The notes: generated by a model from the letters alone, not told the origin. A DNA stretch of 61,530 nucleotides from Halocafeteria seosinensis (GCA_001687465.1 LVLI01000366.1:1-61530); one strand, 5' to 3'; counted from the first letter of the stretch, positions 12,801 through 25,870 are shown. Made by a program: numbers and translations.

Positions 12801-15800
12801 ATTCTTTCCTCCTCCAGGATGAGTCATGGCAGCTACCCATGAGAGGTCTTCGCAAATCTTGAAGTCTCCTCGCTTGTCTTTATCAAGAAAGTAAATGCCA
12901 CCATGCTCAATTATTTGACGGACTATCTCATTTGTGGGCTGGTCACCCCACATATTTATTTCTGGCATAGAAATGTCGTCGATAAAAACAACCATCTTCT
13001 TTCCTCCAGGAGGACCAAAAGATTTGCCCCCTCTCTTGTCTAGCTCGCTTTCAATGGCATCTTGAAACATCCGACATGTTGATGCGGAAGAGAAGTTAAT
13101 GCGCTTGACAATTTGCTTCTGTGGATCAAAATCGCTGAAAAACATCAATGCAGTTGAAGTCTTAGCAGTACCTGGTCCTCCAAGTAGCAAAACAGGCTTG
13201 TTCTTCCTATGGATACGTGACATGAGGAACATATGCCGTGTTGTATCCATTGTCGGAACCAGCAGATTGGAAAAGTCGAGGACTTCCTGCTGTGGGTACG
13301 TCCACTTTGGCGTTTTCCATAACTGCCATGTTCCCGAATTATCTAGACAGTGCTCATAAAGTGTAGCTGACGGGGAAGAGGGGATCACAGCAGGATTGAT
13401 TTTTTTCATGTATGCGTCCCAACGAGTTCTGTCGGCCTGTTCAAGAACACCACCAAATGACCACGTCAGCGAAAAAACTAGAATTTTCTCTTGGAGGACC
13501 AGTTTTTCGCCTTCGCTCGCATTCTGTAAGGGGTTCGAAAGCAGACTCAGCATAGACTCCAGCAGAACAAGGAAACTGGAAACAACTCCGACCCTTGATA
13601 AAGACATTACTTCGCTGGTATTACGAATCAAAAATGAAAACAGATGCCCTGGTTCTGCTGGACTGCATTCACCGATATACTTTGTAAACAGAGAGCGGAA
13701 ATGCTCTTGTTCTTGAGCCCCTCTCTTTAACAGCCAAGCTTCAGAGACGGGTAGCCAGTCGAGATCAGTGTCAGAAACATAGACAATGCCGCATCTGCTC
13801 ACAGTTGCTGGACTAGCATTCTTGAGTGTTTCGTTCTCAAACATGATCTTGACGTTGTCCGTCATTGGAAATCGGTCCCCATTGGACAGAGTTAACAGAC
13901 GGTTGTCGTCTAACACTGTATTTAAACTCTCAATCCAAATGGAGTCAACCGGTCCATCCTCCACGAGCCAAGTAACGTAAGGTAACGAGGCCTTGTTGTA
14001 CTTCTCCCAAAGCGAGCTAAAAACACCCTTAACCCATTCACCGCTAACGGGGTCGTTGTTGCCATATAATTCTTCCGCCAAAACGGCTTTTGGATTCAAG
14101 CGTACAAGTTTATGCGTCACTGAGAGCCATCTTTGCAAAGCTCTCTGCAGTAGCTCGAAAATGGCTGTTTTGCCTCCCCCGCTTGGTCCAGAGAGCATAA
14201 TTCCATGACGAACAAGATTGGTTTCGTACAGTTGAATCACCTTTGTTACCCACGTTGGGTGCATAATATATCCTGCAGCTTCGCATTCTAGTCTCAAGGC
14301 TTCCGTTAACTCCGGAAAATCAGCTTTAGCCGGTGCCTGGGTAGTTGGAAACAAGTCTTCCAGCATGCTCAGGAACAGAGGAACGTCTTGCGCTACAAGT
14401 TTGCTCAGGTTCATGTCACGAAGAGTACGATAGAGTAGCATCTCTTCTGCATCTTCAAGGTGTTCACGCTTAGTATTCCCGGCAGTCCTGAGTACAGATA
14501 AAATGTTGCGCAAGCCGAAGTCATAGTGGCGCTGTTTCGACAATTGTTCTTCACACAGTTTATAGCAGATAAAGAACTTCTTGCTGAGCAAATCTGCAAG
14601 CTCATAACCGACCGATACGAGCTTTACCTTTATGATGATCTCCCTATCAGGGACCATCATAGCGACTCCACGAAATAGGGACTTGAGATTTTCTGGGAGC
14701 TCTTGACGCCCCGCATATCCAGGATTCATCGTAATGAAAAAGCCGCAAACAGGTTCAAGCAATACCTTTTGTTCATCACCGGGAAAATAGAACTCTCTTG
14801 AATTTGATTTCTTTGCGTTATTCACTGCCAGCACTTGTTGGGCGACAACCGACAGAACCGGCAGAGCAATTCTGTTGAATTCATCAAAACAACCCCAAAG
14901 ACCGGACTGGCAGAGCCCTTTGAATATTTTTCCACAATCGGTATAGCGCATTTGGTCACTGCAATTCGTAACAATAACGTATATTCCCAGTGTTCGTCCC
15001 ATATCTTTAACTGTTTCCGTTTTCCCGGTGCCTGCGGGTCCTGCAGGAGCTCCACCAAAGTACATCCCCATTGCTTGGGCTAACGTAATGTAGCATCTAT
15101 CGGTCAAAGGGGTAATAACTAAACGCTCTTTAACCCCCAAGTATTCATACTGGTAATCGAAAGAGACATCCGTGACAGATATACGACAAGCTCCGGCATC
15201 GTCGATTTGGTCCTCTTCGTCGGGCTGCCAGTAGAAACGAGCCTGCTTTAGCCACTCAAAATCATCTGCACTCTTGAGCTTTTTCTGTTTATACAGAGCA
15301 GCGAGGTCTTTACTAACATCAGTTTGATGTACTTGAACTGTTACGAGGGTTTCGATCTTTACTCGATTCATCTTTGACCCTAGATCTTGCAAACACCACG
15401 AGCCCATGGTCCGCTGCACTTCAATAGCTTTCTTTCTGGCTACCTCGAGTGCGTTCTTCTTAGTTTTACAATTCTCCAATGCGGACTGTTGGTCATTCGT
15501 CCACAAGAACTGAATTCCTAAAAGCGCATACTGTGCGCATTGATTGTCAACGAAGTTCCTAAGACCGGCGAGTCCATCGTCCAAAGCGGCAACTTCGGAA
15601 GCACAATCTCCGCAGTAGCCCTTCATGGAGCGCTGCATTTCTCTTAGAAGATCCATGAGCCATTCTTCGATATTTCCTTGTGCGTTGACTGGTGCGTTCA
15701 AATCCAAGTATTCCTTCCCTCCCTGGAGAAAGCTCATAATCCCGACTATTTTCTCTTTGTGAGTTTTATCGTGCTCCACACGGTCAATACTGTCAAAACA

Positions 15801-18800
15801 ATTCCCATAAAATTCTTGAATAGCTTGAGGGTCTGATCCCTTGGATAAGATTTGTAGTAGAACGGGCCCCGAGCAGAAGTAGAATCTAGGGAACTTATTG
15901 CGCTTCTGCTCTAGATATCCGTCAAGATGTTTCTGACAGTTTTCTAACGCTTCATACATTATTGGCAACGATGACTTCAACACCTCATTTGAGCAGCAAT
16001 CGACTACTGTTCGAGTTTTTGCGGCTGTGTTCATCAAATTCACAAAATCTTTATCCAACTTTTGAAATCGCTTCGCCACTCCTGGCATTTGTTTGGCGAT
16101 ATCGCCTCCTAAAAATACCACTTCGAGACTGCTCCATTGCAACTGAACCTTTAACCACAGTTCTAACGTCTCAGACGTATCGCTCAGCTTTTGAAGGAGC
16201 TCCTGAGTCTCTTCGCGAAATGGCGCAACATGTCTAGACGTCAGAAAAGTTTGCAGGTTCATTTGCGCCTCCTCCAGTTCCTCTACAAGATAACCTACAG
16301 CCTGCATTACCATGACGCCATTCCTACTTTTGTATTCGGCGAACGTGATCTCCTCCTTCTCCCATCTTGCCTGTATTTCGTTGATTTTGTTCTCCAGGTC
16401 AAGCTCTTTGTCGGCTGATACAGTAATTTCTTCGATTTCTTCATTATGCTCAACAAGGGGTTGCTCAAGTAGGTCTTGCAGCTTGAATTCTGCGTCATCA
16501 ACGTGCAGTTCCACCCCACCACAAACGTTTTCCACTGCTGCCCAGTGTCTGGGACGGATACTCCGCTTAGAGAGCTCCTGCAGGAGCGGAAGGACAAGCT
16601 GAAAATCTTCGATCTCCTTATTTAGGTCCTGATACGCTTTCCAAGTTCGTAATCTTTTGGGCATCTTCTTGCAGCGGGCAGAAAACCCCTCCATATCATT
16701 AGTCATTTTATCCACACTGGCAACGACGTCAATCCATAGAATAGTCTTGTACTCTGTCATTTTATTCATGACATCGCGATATAGACTATACAGTTTATTG
16801 AGTAGGGCTAACTCTTTTTTCGTCTCGTCCAGTTCAGGATACTGTGTGATTGGCAAGGCAAAGAGCTCTTCTCCATTAGAGTAGAGCTGACGCTTACGTT
16901 CCATGATTTCGTACTTGTCCTCGTATCGCCTCAGTCGTTCCATTGCTTCGTTTGGTGATATACCTTCAGCCATGGGTCCGTTTTGGAGGTAGTCCTCATG
17001 AAATACTGCCACATCGTTCTTGAATTGCTTTACATGCTCCACCAATGACCGCCTGAATTGGCCTTGCACGGAAGCTATTCTTCCTTTTACTTCGTCGGCT
17101 TTTTCAACCACTTTCTTCCACTGTCCCCACAGCACAGACCGTCCATCCATTTCGTCTTGAGTTAATGTTACTCCAAAGTTCTCTAGTAGGGTGTAAGTAT
17201 CCAGAATGGGGCCTATCTGGATACCGATCATGCTTTGACGGTTTCTAATCTCCTTAAGGACCTCCATAACGTACCGCAAAGAATTGATACCGTCTACGTC
17301 GCGATTTAGCATGGACAATGTACTCTTCATATATTCAAGCATATTTTGTAGCTTTATCCTCTCCAACTTGTGCAAGTTCTCACTGTATCGGTCCATCCAA
17401 ACTTGAGTCTCTTCCTTGAGCCTCCTCTTCAGGCCTTCGGAACTCATGGAGATAGCACCAATTACGTGGTTACTTGGAATGGACTCAATTTCATTTTGAG
17501 TATCAAGAAAAAACTGAAGTGCACGCTCGTAGTCTTCAATGCCAGGATTAGTCTCCATAAACTTCCGATAGGCCTCATCTATGTCGTTTTTCCATAGCCA
17601 GTCAAAACGATAGAACCATTCGAAGAACTGGTTGATTCTGGTGCGCACGCCCTGTATGGAGCCTGTAAGTAGAAGAACTACACGGACTACTTCAATATCC
17701 TCAGTCATGCTGGAAAAGAAATTTTTGCGGTTCTCAACAGGAATATGAGATTGACCCCACCTTTCAATATGCTTGGAGCATGCCAGAACAGCAATCGACG
17801 CTTTGTTGATGGTTGCTTGGACCTCTTCAAGAGGTGGACTGAGAGTTATATTTGGGATGGAGAGGTGAATATCCACTTCAAAAAAAGGTTCAGAGTCTGC
17901 TCCCGAGCGATTGGAAACTCTGCTCTTCAGTGAGTTCAAACTGTTTTTTGTGCATGCTAGTAAGGCCGCATATAGGTATTGATGGTAATGTTGCCTCAGT
18001 GAGCTCGCTTTCTCCTCGATTTTCGCCGTTACGCGACTGTCAACTTCGTACGACTGGACGATTTGCAGGAGATCTTCGACCGCCCCTTCAATCTCCATGC
18101 TCTTGTATCTAAGCACTTCCGATTTCCCCGTGATAAACTCTCTTTGGGTAGCAACGAAATCATGGAGAGTAAAACTACCCCCTGCAGGAAGGTCAACTAG
18201 AAGCGTCCTCGCGACAACTTTAAGGTTGTTTTCGATGCGGTTCTCAATGATGTCGTTTACGCTAGAGAACAAATCGTCGAGACGTTTGAGACCCGCCCAG
18301 ACATGTCTCTTATAGGGCGCAATGTTCATGCTGGTCCAAGTAAGAGTGATCATACCTGGACGAAGGCGATACTCTAGATCTTCCACCGCCGCCTCCATAA
18401 TGGGTTCGACGATCTTCACCATACGCGACGTTACTCTTCTATATTCCCTCAGCAAATACGTTAAGTCATCGTAGTACTGCTTAAATTTTTCTTCTTGGAG
18501 CAAAATGCTCCGAGCGGCAGGTGGAATTTCGATACCAGCCCGATTCAAACACTTCGTTTCACGGATCAATTGTAAAATTTCCGCATCAAAATTTACATAG
18601 AGCTCCTTGTCTTCAGGATGGCGGACAATCAGCGTAGCTTCCAAACCAGAGCGAGCACTCTCTATACTATCGTTCCACGCCTGATACCACAAGTATTCGA
18701 AAGTAACTAAAGTTCGGGCGACTGTGTTGTACGACTTGATGATTTTTCGGGCCATTGGCGATTTCAAGAGATCTGGATACTTCTCAAATTTTTGCATGGG

Positions 18801-20866
18801 GGCCTCAATCCTTTTGAATAGCAACCGTACCCATGATATGTTCCCTGCAACAGGAGGCATATTCCTTGGACGAGGTGGAGCATGCTTGTTTTCCTCATAT
18901 AGCTGTTGGACACGCTCTATCTCCACTCCAAATTTTGAGAAAATGTACTGCAACCGGGTCTGCAGATACTCTTGCAGAGCCGGGCGCCGGAATACTGAGT
19001 TGTACTTCTCCCAGAGATCGAGAGCTGGGTTAACCGCCTTGAGGTCTTCGAAAGAAATCCTTATGAATTCCAGAATACTTGCTTCAAGACCATTGATCTG
19101 GGCATTAAACGCTGTAAAGTCCAAATCAAAAGAATCCTTATAGTATGCGAATAAATCATGGCGCTTGGCCTGGAACTGTGAACAAATTTTTCTGTAGCTG
19201 TCGGCTACGACGTTCATCCCCTCAATTTTCTCCGCCGTGAGCTGATTAAAGTCGGCTATGGTAGAGAAGAGACTATGCAGTTTGGTCATGCGTCGTTTCG
19301 CTGGAGCGAGCTCCCTAAAGATGCTTTCTTCATCGAAGTCGTCCCATGGTTTGTCACCGGCCGCTGGGTCAATGTTTGCCTTCGTCTCCTTAAAAATATG
19401 CTTGAAACATTTAACAGCAGCAAGGTTCTCATTCAGAGCCATTGTAAGTTGGATTGGGTCTTTTTGGAACATTTTCTCGCCTGTATTACCAGGAACGTTC
19501 TCCAAACGGCGCCGACAAGCTCCTACGAGCTGATCTGCTATGCGTCCAAGCAGGTCAGACATCCTTGCTGGAGTGGCGAAATATGGTGCAATGCAGTATA
19601 CCAGCTGCAACTGTCGAAATAATGCAGGAAGAGTGTCTACAATAGCAGCGGGTGTACTCCCTTCGAATCCATTAAGAAATTTCGACAACGTAAAAAGATA
19701 TTTTACTATATCTCTTGCCTCATTGGCAATTTCAGTGACTTGGATATCGAGCTTTTTCCATGCTCTCAAGACGGAAGTAATGAAGTGAAGAGCCAGATCT
19801 GTTGAAACCCTGCCCTTCGTCATGAAATGGAGGGACATGATAATTGCTCGGCAGTCCGAGCTGCGTAGCTGCTCTGTTAGCGCTTCAAACTTTTGCATTC
19901 TTCTGCGCCAGTTGTTCAAAATGTCTAGTGGCCCCGCTTTGTCTCGTGGCATCTGTTCAGGAGCCTGCGCAGTAGACGAGTCGATTTCGCGTTTGATTAT
20001 GTCAATCCATTCTTCGGCAGTGCCTGTATGACCAAATAGTTAAAAAAAAAAATCCTTTCTTCAAATTTCAGTCAATCCGCTAGCACAATCATACCCGTCA
20101 ATAGCATCGCTTTCTCCTTTGGAAGGGACACTTTTCTCTCTCTCCCGTCTTGAGTTTGGACTTGACTTAGCAACTCTTTCGCCAATTCTACACCTTCACC
20201 TGCAGGAAGCATTCTTGCCGATACAAGAGGAAGTTTGTCTCATTTACTATGTATTGAAACTTACCCTTCGGGAGAGGAGTAGTCAGGGCATTCGTTGATT
20301 GAGTTTCGTCGAGGTGTTCGAGGACCTTCCCCAAGTGTGTCTTCACAGGACTTCCTCTGTCTTCATCGTATCCCCAGTCTTGCTTTTTGGAAAGCGAGTC
20401 CGAAAAAACTTGCGCCAGTTCGTTTTGTATAAACGAAATTTTGTTTGTTCCTACTTCTCCAAAGACGATATTCTGTTCAAGTGAATACAGATAGGATCTG
20501 ACAGCGTAGCCTTCCTACATAAAATGCAACGTACCTGTTTATCATCGATCCGTAGCGCATACGCAACTTTCGCATTTTCCTTTGCCTGTTCAATAAATGC
20601 TGATACCCGAATTTCCTTCCCCTGCAGATGCGTATTAACGAGCTATCAAAGGGAATTCCTATATGATGTGACCGTTTGTGTGGGAAAGTTACCTCTTTGG
20701 TTTTCTCGAGCCACCCAAATAACTTTCCCGGAGAGTCGCCAGAAACGAACTCATCCAACAGCTCATCATGGAGTTCAAGTGCCTCCCGTATGTCACTCTC
20801 AGGGCATCCTAAAGAGTATGCAAAGCGCTGGGAAATAACCGCAAGTTCTGGGTCCGAGTTTGGCAT
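6897..20866 (-). CDS. Axonemal outer-arm dynein heavy chain, gamma type (DNAH5/DNAH8/ODA2-like)
   Basis: 4351-aa ORF with P-loops GPAGTGKT, GPSGGGKT, GGPGTAKT, GVGGSGKQ and WGCFDEFNRI; several short 5' exons between 20866 and ~20095, then one exon 20023-6897. Confidence 0.95.
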
Positions 20867-21399
20867 TTTGAACCTCCTGTCACTTTATTCACCCTAAGTT
20901 CTTTCGCTATCCTCCTTTAGGGAATATGCTACAGAGGAGAACAATAAGCACTCTTCAATTCACGAGTTCTAGTGAACAGTGGGCAATCCCACGCCAGATA
21001 ACACGTCTACAAGGCTGTCTATGCGTGGTGAATTCCATCTGTTTTGTGGTCAACCGTTATATTGCAACACCCTTTTTGTTGTCCTTCGCGCTCCCCTTGC
21101 AGTCTGCCCGAGCGTTTGAACACAACTTCACGTTGGTGAGTTTTTGTGAAGCAGTGTGGCCCGTTGCTGCGTCAAAAAGAGAATTGTTTGGGAAAGATTA
21201 ATGTGCATCGGTTTTACGAGTGCGAGGTTTGCTCACAACTATAAGTCAACAGTTTTGGAGATGAAAGCGAGGGTGTTGCGGACTCAATGGTGCGTCGTAT
21301 TAATCTACTGTACCTGTGTCCTACCTGTATGTCCGCATGGCATGATGGCGTGCTCTCCAGAGATTTTTGGAAAAACCAATGTGGCTGTGTGTAATAGTA

Positions 21400-22070
21400 T
21401 TGCTCCTGCCAGAAGAGGTCGAGTCTGTAAGCTACGCTAGACCGTGTGTGGGGTGAGCCCTACAAGGAACCGCTCCCCCAGGATCTTCACGTTGTGGCGC
21501 ATCAACGTGACTGCCAGTTTGGCCGTCATCAACTTCGCAATTCCCTAGTTCCCAGTGGGAGCCCGATGCTTCCCTAGAAATTCTTTTTAGGGACTTGATC
21601 GCGAAGTCACCCGTCGTCTCTATCACGAACGGGATAATTTCCGTGTGGTGGAAACTACAAATCTTCTTGAAGAGAATCGCGAATTGAGACAAATATCGAT
21701 ACCGAACTTAACGAGGCTACCGGGTACGTGCATCCTTCGAAAACGGCGTTGCTGCAGCTCTCGTCGTCAACTGTTGCACGGGGGTTGTCGACAACTTGTA
21801 GTTGCTGAACAGACTGGAGATACAGCCTTCAACTTCATCATTAACTAAATGCGCTTGTGTTCATCTTCTGAGCGAAATTCCAGGTTAACCACACCTGAAA
21901 CCTTGTCACTGCTTGCAATTGTTTGATGGCAAACATACGCATTCCGCGGGAGGACCGCTTTTGACCGATTCGAGAAGCACAACCCACATGGGAAGCATCG
22001 GTAAGAATTCTGATGAACGGAATCGGACTACACTTGATGGCACTCCTTTTGTGGAGATTCGGGGTGTTAG
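21400..22070 (-). mobile_element. Degenerate Ty3/gypsy-type pol fragment (RT-associated RNase H)
   Basis: Minus-strand translations FIRILTDASHVGCASRIGQ, QAVTRFQVWL and HVPGSLVKFGID resemble F.L.TDAS..G.GAVL.Q / A..RFR.YL / H.PG..N..AD; frameshifted. Confidence 0.6.
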
Positions 22071-22165
22071 CCAATAGGGATAGGTGGTACTGCAGCCTTG
22101 TCTATCTTCGCGGTGCATGGATGTAGTCGTGGTCCATTTGAATATTCAGCCGGTAGGCCATAAAG
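22065..22165 (+). repeat. Repeat family B copy (variant 2), ending CAGCCGGTAGGCCATAAA
   Basis: Highly similar to 27560-27680. Confidence 0.8.
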
Positions 22166-22263
22166 GATGGGCTAGGTCAACAACGTCTTCCGGGGAAATT
22201 TAGCACGCTTAGTCATCCCTTCAAGAATGAGAGCAAGGTTGGTCTCGATACCCGTTTCTGTGA

Positions 22264-22420
22264 GTAGTACCGGTAGTGTGTATTTTTAACGGCCTACCGG
22301 CTAATTGGAAATGTAGTTGGAGGATCTTCACGCCGTCGAAGATCTCCCAGGGCCCACTCACACTCTTTGTGAGCATGAGGTTCTGCACACGTATCCTCTC
22401 AGAGCGTTTTGGGCCTCGTG
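22264..22420 (-). repeat. Repeat family B copy (variant 1)
   Basis: Reverse complement aligns with 59700-59885 (GAGATCTTCGACGGCGTGAAGATCC...TTAGCCGGTAGGCC...ATACACACTAC). Confidence 0.8.
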
Positions 22421-22517
22421 ATACTCCTCCAGAGTGGGCACGGTGGGCTCGCTATTCCCCACCGGGCCTTGTTCTTCTGCGGTTGCCTCGTCAGTCTCTC
22501 CCGTTCCTGTGTTGTTC

Positions 22518-22552
22518 ACACACACACATATATGTGACAGATAGTCCACCGT
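22518..22552 (-). repeat. Repeat family A, very short terminal copy
   Basis: cacacacacatatatgtgacagatagtccacc is the reverse complement of the family A terminus. Confidence 0.7.
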
Positions 22553-22975
22553 GTGCTGTTGCTTCTGCTCTGCTCCCAAAGTCCTTGCATGAATTAGTGT
22601 CTGTCAGTAATAGTTCCTCCGTTCGTTCATATCATTTCATTGATTCGCTTCCCAAGTCGAGAGTTTCTCAGTGTCCTACTCCTGCACCTGCTCCTCCAAC
22701 TGTGCTTTGTTCCAATAGCTCCCACTCCGCAGCGTCTCGTTTCCATCAAATGCCGTTCATCAGAATTCTTGCTCCAAGGAGGCAGCGGAGCAGGAAGAGA
22801 GAATAAAGAAGGAAGGAAAAACACGGGATGAGTATTGGACTCTAGAGGCCCTTCTAACTAAAAATTCGAAACAGAAATAGACCAACAGAACAAAAAATAC
22901 CGGCAGAACGCGCCGCATTGCATACTTTGAGAACATTTTGTAATTTGGCATGCCAAGTGTGTGGCACTGCCGGAG

Positions 22976-23433
22976 GCACACACACAAATGTGACAGATAA
23001 CAATTGACCGCATCCTCTTACGGGTCCGCTGTTCCTGCACCCTTGCTGACATGCGCCGTGAGGGAACACAACACTGATTTGCTCAGGAGGCATCGGAGGA
23101 GGAGCCATGCCTGCGCCCACGATGTCAGGGATACCGTCAAAGCTCAGTCTGGCAGGTGAAGACCCTGAGTCTGCCACAGCGACGCCAGAACCGGTTGCAA
23201 CTTGCAGCAGCACAGGCAGGATTACAATTGTAAGTATTGGTCCAGACGCAACAGTTGTGACCAATGACAAGCCACCACCTGACGCGGGAGGTGATTCCCC
23301 AGAAGTTCCGTCCACCTCAGTTTCGTCAACATAGCCCAGATTGAAGTACATCTCCTGCTCGAGGTCGAAGAAGGTGCGGCTGCGCAGTGCCCAGGTCTTT
23401 CTGAAGCCACGAAACCGCTTCCCACGTCCGTGC
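22976..23433 (-). mobile_element. Repeat family A, long copy (chromodomain C-half + low-complexity tail + terminus)
   Basis: Inverted, highly similar copy of 26530-27027; translations MYFNLGYVDETEVDG... vs MYFNLSYVDETEVDG... Confidence 0.85.
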
Positions 23434-24080
23434 CCTATCTATGGGCCTTCTGCTGTTGTATATTTTAAGCCAACAGACAACTTAAGGCAATGTAACGCTA
23501 CAAGGTCTATGGGACCAAAACCCGATCCGGTTGTATAGACGACGAAGATGTGACTGATGTGGTTGTTCTGTCTGTTCTTCCACTGCGGCGGTTTTTAAGA
23601 ACCGTTTCTCTCAGTGCTCTTGTTCTTCCACTGTGGCAGTGCCGCGCAAGTTGGCGCACACATCCCTCGAGGTGATGGCACATACTCATTGAGCCGATGT
23701 AGCGGAACTTCCAGTCCTTCCATGACAGTGTATGACACAAACCGTCTTTCCAGTACCGCGATGGCTTCGGTTCCCAGGAAACTCTGGAAGTGGTGTCACA
23801 GTCGAAGAACACTGAACAACCCAGTGCACGGCACCGCCCACACAAACATTTTGTTAAGCAACTTGGAATTGTCAGGCTCGAGATTAGTGCATCTCAGCTT
23901 ATGAAGAATAAGCCAGTGGACGTTTACGGCCGAGTATCTATTCCTATATTAAGCCGATTGAGCTGTTTTAGCGTGTGAATTGGAAGGGTAAGATTTCCTT
24001 GGGAACAGCATGTGTTGCCGAAGCGCCTTGCGCTAAACATACATCTCGACCCTGTTTGTTTCCTGAAGTTCTATGGGGCT

Positions 24081-24108
24081 GGTGGGCTATCTGTCACATG
24101 TGTGTGTA
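24081..24108 (+). repeat. Repeat family A, very short terminal copy
   Basis: ggtgggctatctgtcacatgtgtgtgt. Confidence 0.7.
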
Positions 24109-24347
24109 TGGGTGTAGGACTCTACTGTACATACAGGAGCGCACCACTTCTCGGTGCGTTTCCTCTTCCTGCCCGTGTATTATACACGGGACAGGACGGT
24201 GTATAGTAACGCTCTGTTCAACTGGGTGTTTCCTTATCATGTCTTCTTGTCCGGAGATGGTATTGGGTATCAATGTAAATGCCAGAACGACAGAGACGGT
24301 TCTAAGTATTCGGCGGCGCTGAAGGATGGTGAATGTTGCGAGCTGTG

Positions 24348-24396
24348 ATAGTAGCAGTGTGTATTATTTGTGGCCTACCGGCTAAGTGGAAATGTG
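24348..24396 (-). repeat. Repeat family B short terminal copy
   Basis: gtagcagtgtgtattatttgtggcctaccggctaagtggaaatgt matches 22264-22312. Confidence 0.7.
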
Positions 24397-24479
24397 ATGA
24401 GGGAATGGTTACTTGTCCTCAATGCAAACTGAAGCATTTGATCACTACTGTAATCTAATACTGTGCAGTTCGATTCAAG

Positions 24480-25497
24480 ATGAAGATTATTCGTAGCGTC
24501 CTAGGTGCTGGGCTGCTGATCGGCGGCCTTGCCGGTAAGGTTTGCTCCATTTGATCACCGAACTTCTCAATGCTTTGACATAAAGTATGAGTTTGCAGCA
24601 GTTGCCAACGCGTCCTGTGACTCCGGCACTATCGAGCTCATCTCCATGTCACCCGCCAACTGTCATCCGGGCTGCGATGGATCGTGCGCGCAGGCATACC
24701 AACTCACTATCAGTGGCGACACAGGCACCTTTGTGCCGGTGGGTGCAAGTGCCTGCACTTGTTATACTTTTCAAGTCGATTACGACTCTGCCTCCAAACG
24801 TCTAAATTGGGAGCTTAACGGTGAGAACGCCCAAGGTTTTGCGGATGGCGAGCAAGTCCGTATGGACTTTTACAGTGGCTCCTGTACGCTGAAATACATC
24901 GTAACAGACGGCTGTGTCCTCGGGGTCAGTCAGGCTACCGCTACGCCTTCAGCTACATGTAGTCCTTCGCCGACTGTGTCGTCGTCAGTGACTCCTTCTG
25001 GAAGTCCGACGACGTCCCTTAGTCCATTAGCAAGTAGCACCTTCTCGTCCTCCGCTTCCCCGAGCGTATTGCCCATTGCTACTCCACAAATCCTGATCAA
25101 CAACAAAAAAAGTGGGGAGGCAGCGGTCCTCCCATGTGGAAAACAAGGAATTGACGTGACCGTATTGAGCGATAGAAAATTCAACGCAGTCTCTATTAAT
25201 GTCGGAACTGTTGTCATTGGCACCTATCCTTTCTTAGGGACGAATACTACACGAGGGAGAGTGACGGGAATGAAGATGAGAGATGTTAATGGAGACTTGG
25301 AAACTGACGCAATACTTCGTTGGATTGGGCCTGTTGGCATGTCAATTTATAACGAGACAGTGGTGTTACTAATTACGGGTTTGACAGACCAAGATCTGCA
25401 GTTTGAGGGTGCGGTAGAAGTTCGGGTAGTTGGTAACCAGTTTAGGCAACGCGAGCTTGAGATTGCCGAGCGGCTCTATACGAATCCAATGAGCTGA
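24480..25497 (+). CDS. Secreted protein: signal peptide, Cys-rich domain, S/T/P linker, C-terminal beta domain with DVNGD motif; 2 exons
   Basis: MKIIRSVLGAGLLIGGLA, GT-AG intron from ~24535 to ~24598, then open frame to TGA 25497. Confidence 0.7.
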
Positions 25498-25761
25498 CGT
25501 TTCCAGAGTAGTAATCCGGTCGGTTAGCAGGCCTTCATCAGGACCCGGGAAGCGGGGGGTGTACACCGGCGTCGCCGAGCTGATTTCAGAGTCCCCCGCC
25601 ATCTGGAGGCGTGTAGTGTACCCAGGGGGGGGGGGGAGTACTATCAACTATACCACCTTTATTATGAATAATTACTGCATTGATACAAATCTATATCAGT
25701 TAAGCGTTGACTTACGGCCATTATAAACAGGCCAGATATCTACTAAATATGGCGGGACTTC

Positions 25762-25870
25762 CAGGAACAGCGGGCCCGTCGCTGCTTAACACGGGCGCAT
25801 ACCGCTCCTCGCTAAGAGGATGCGGTCAACTCCCCGGCGGATGGGCTATCTGTCACATATGTGTGTGTTT
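25762..25870 (+). repeat. Repeat family A terminal copy
   Basis: caggaacagcgggcccgtcgctgcttaacacgggcgcataccgctcctcgctaagaggatgcggtcaactccccggcggatgggctatctgtcacatatgtgtgtg. Confidence 0.85.

Noticed and set aside
7088..20031. Many short ORFs overlapping the dynein gene
   Set aside because: Antisense or alternative-frame shadows of a long coding exon; no motifs.
25850..25870. TGTCACA as the TG start of an LTR
   Set aside because: Sequence after the (TG)n run differs in every copy and no polypurine tract precedes it.
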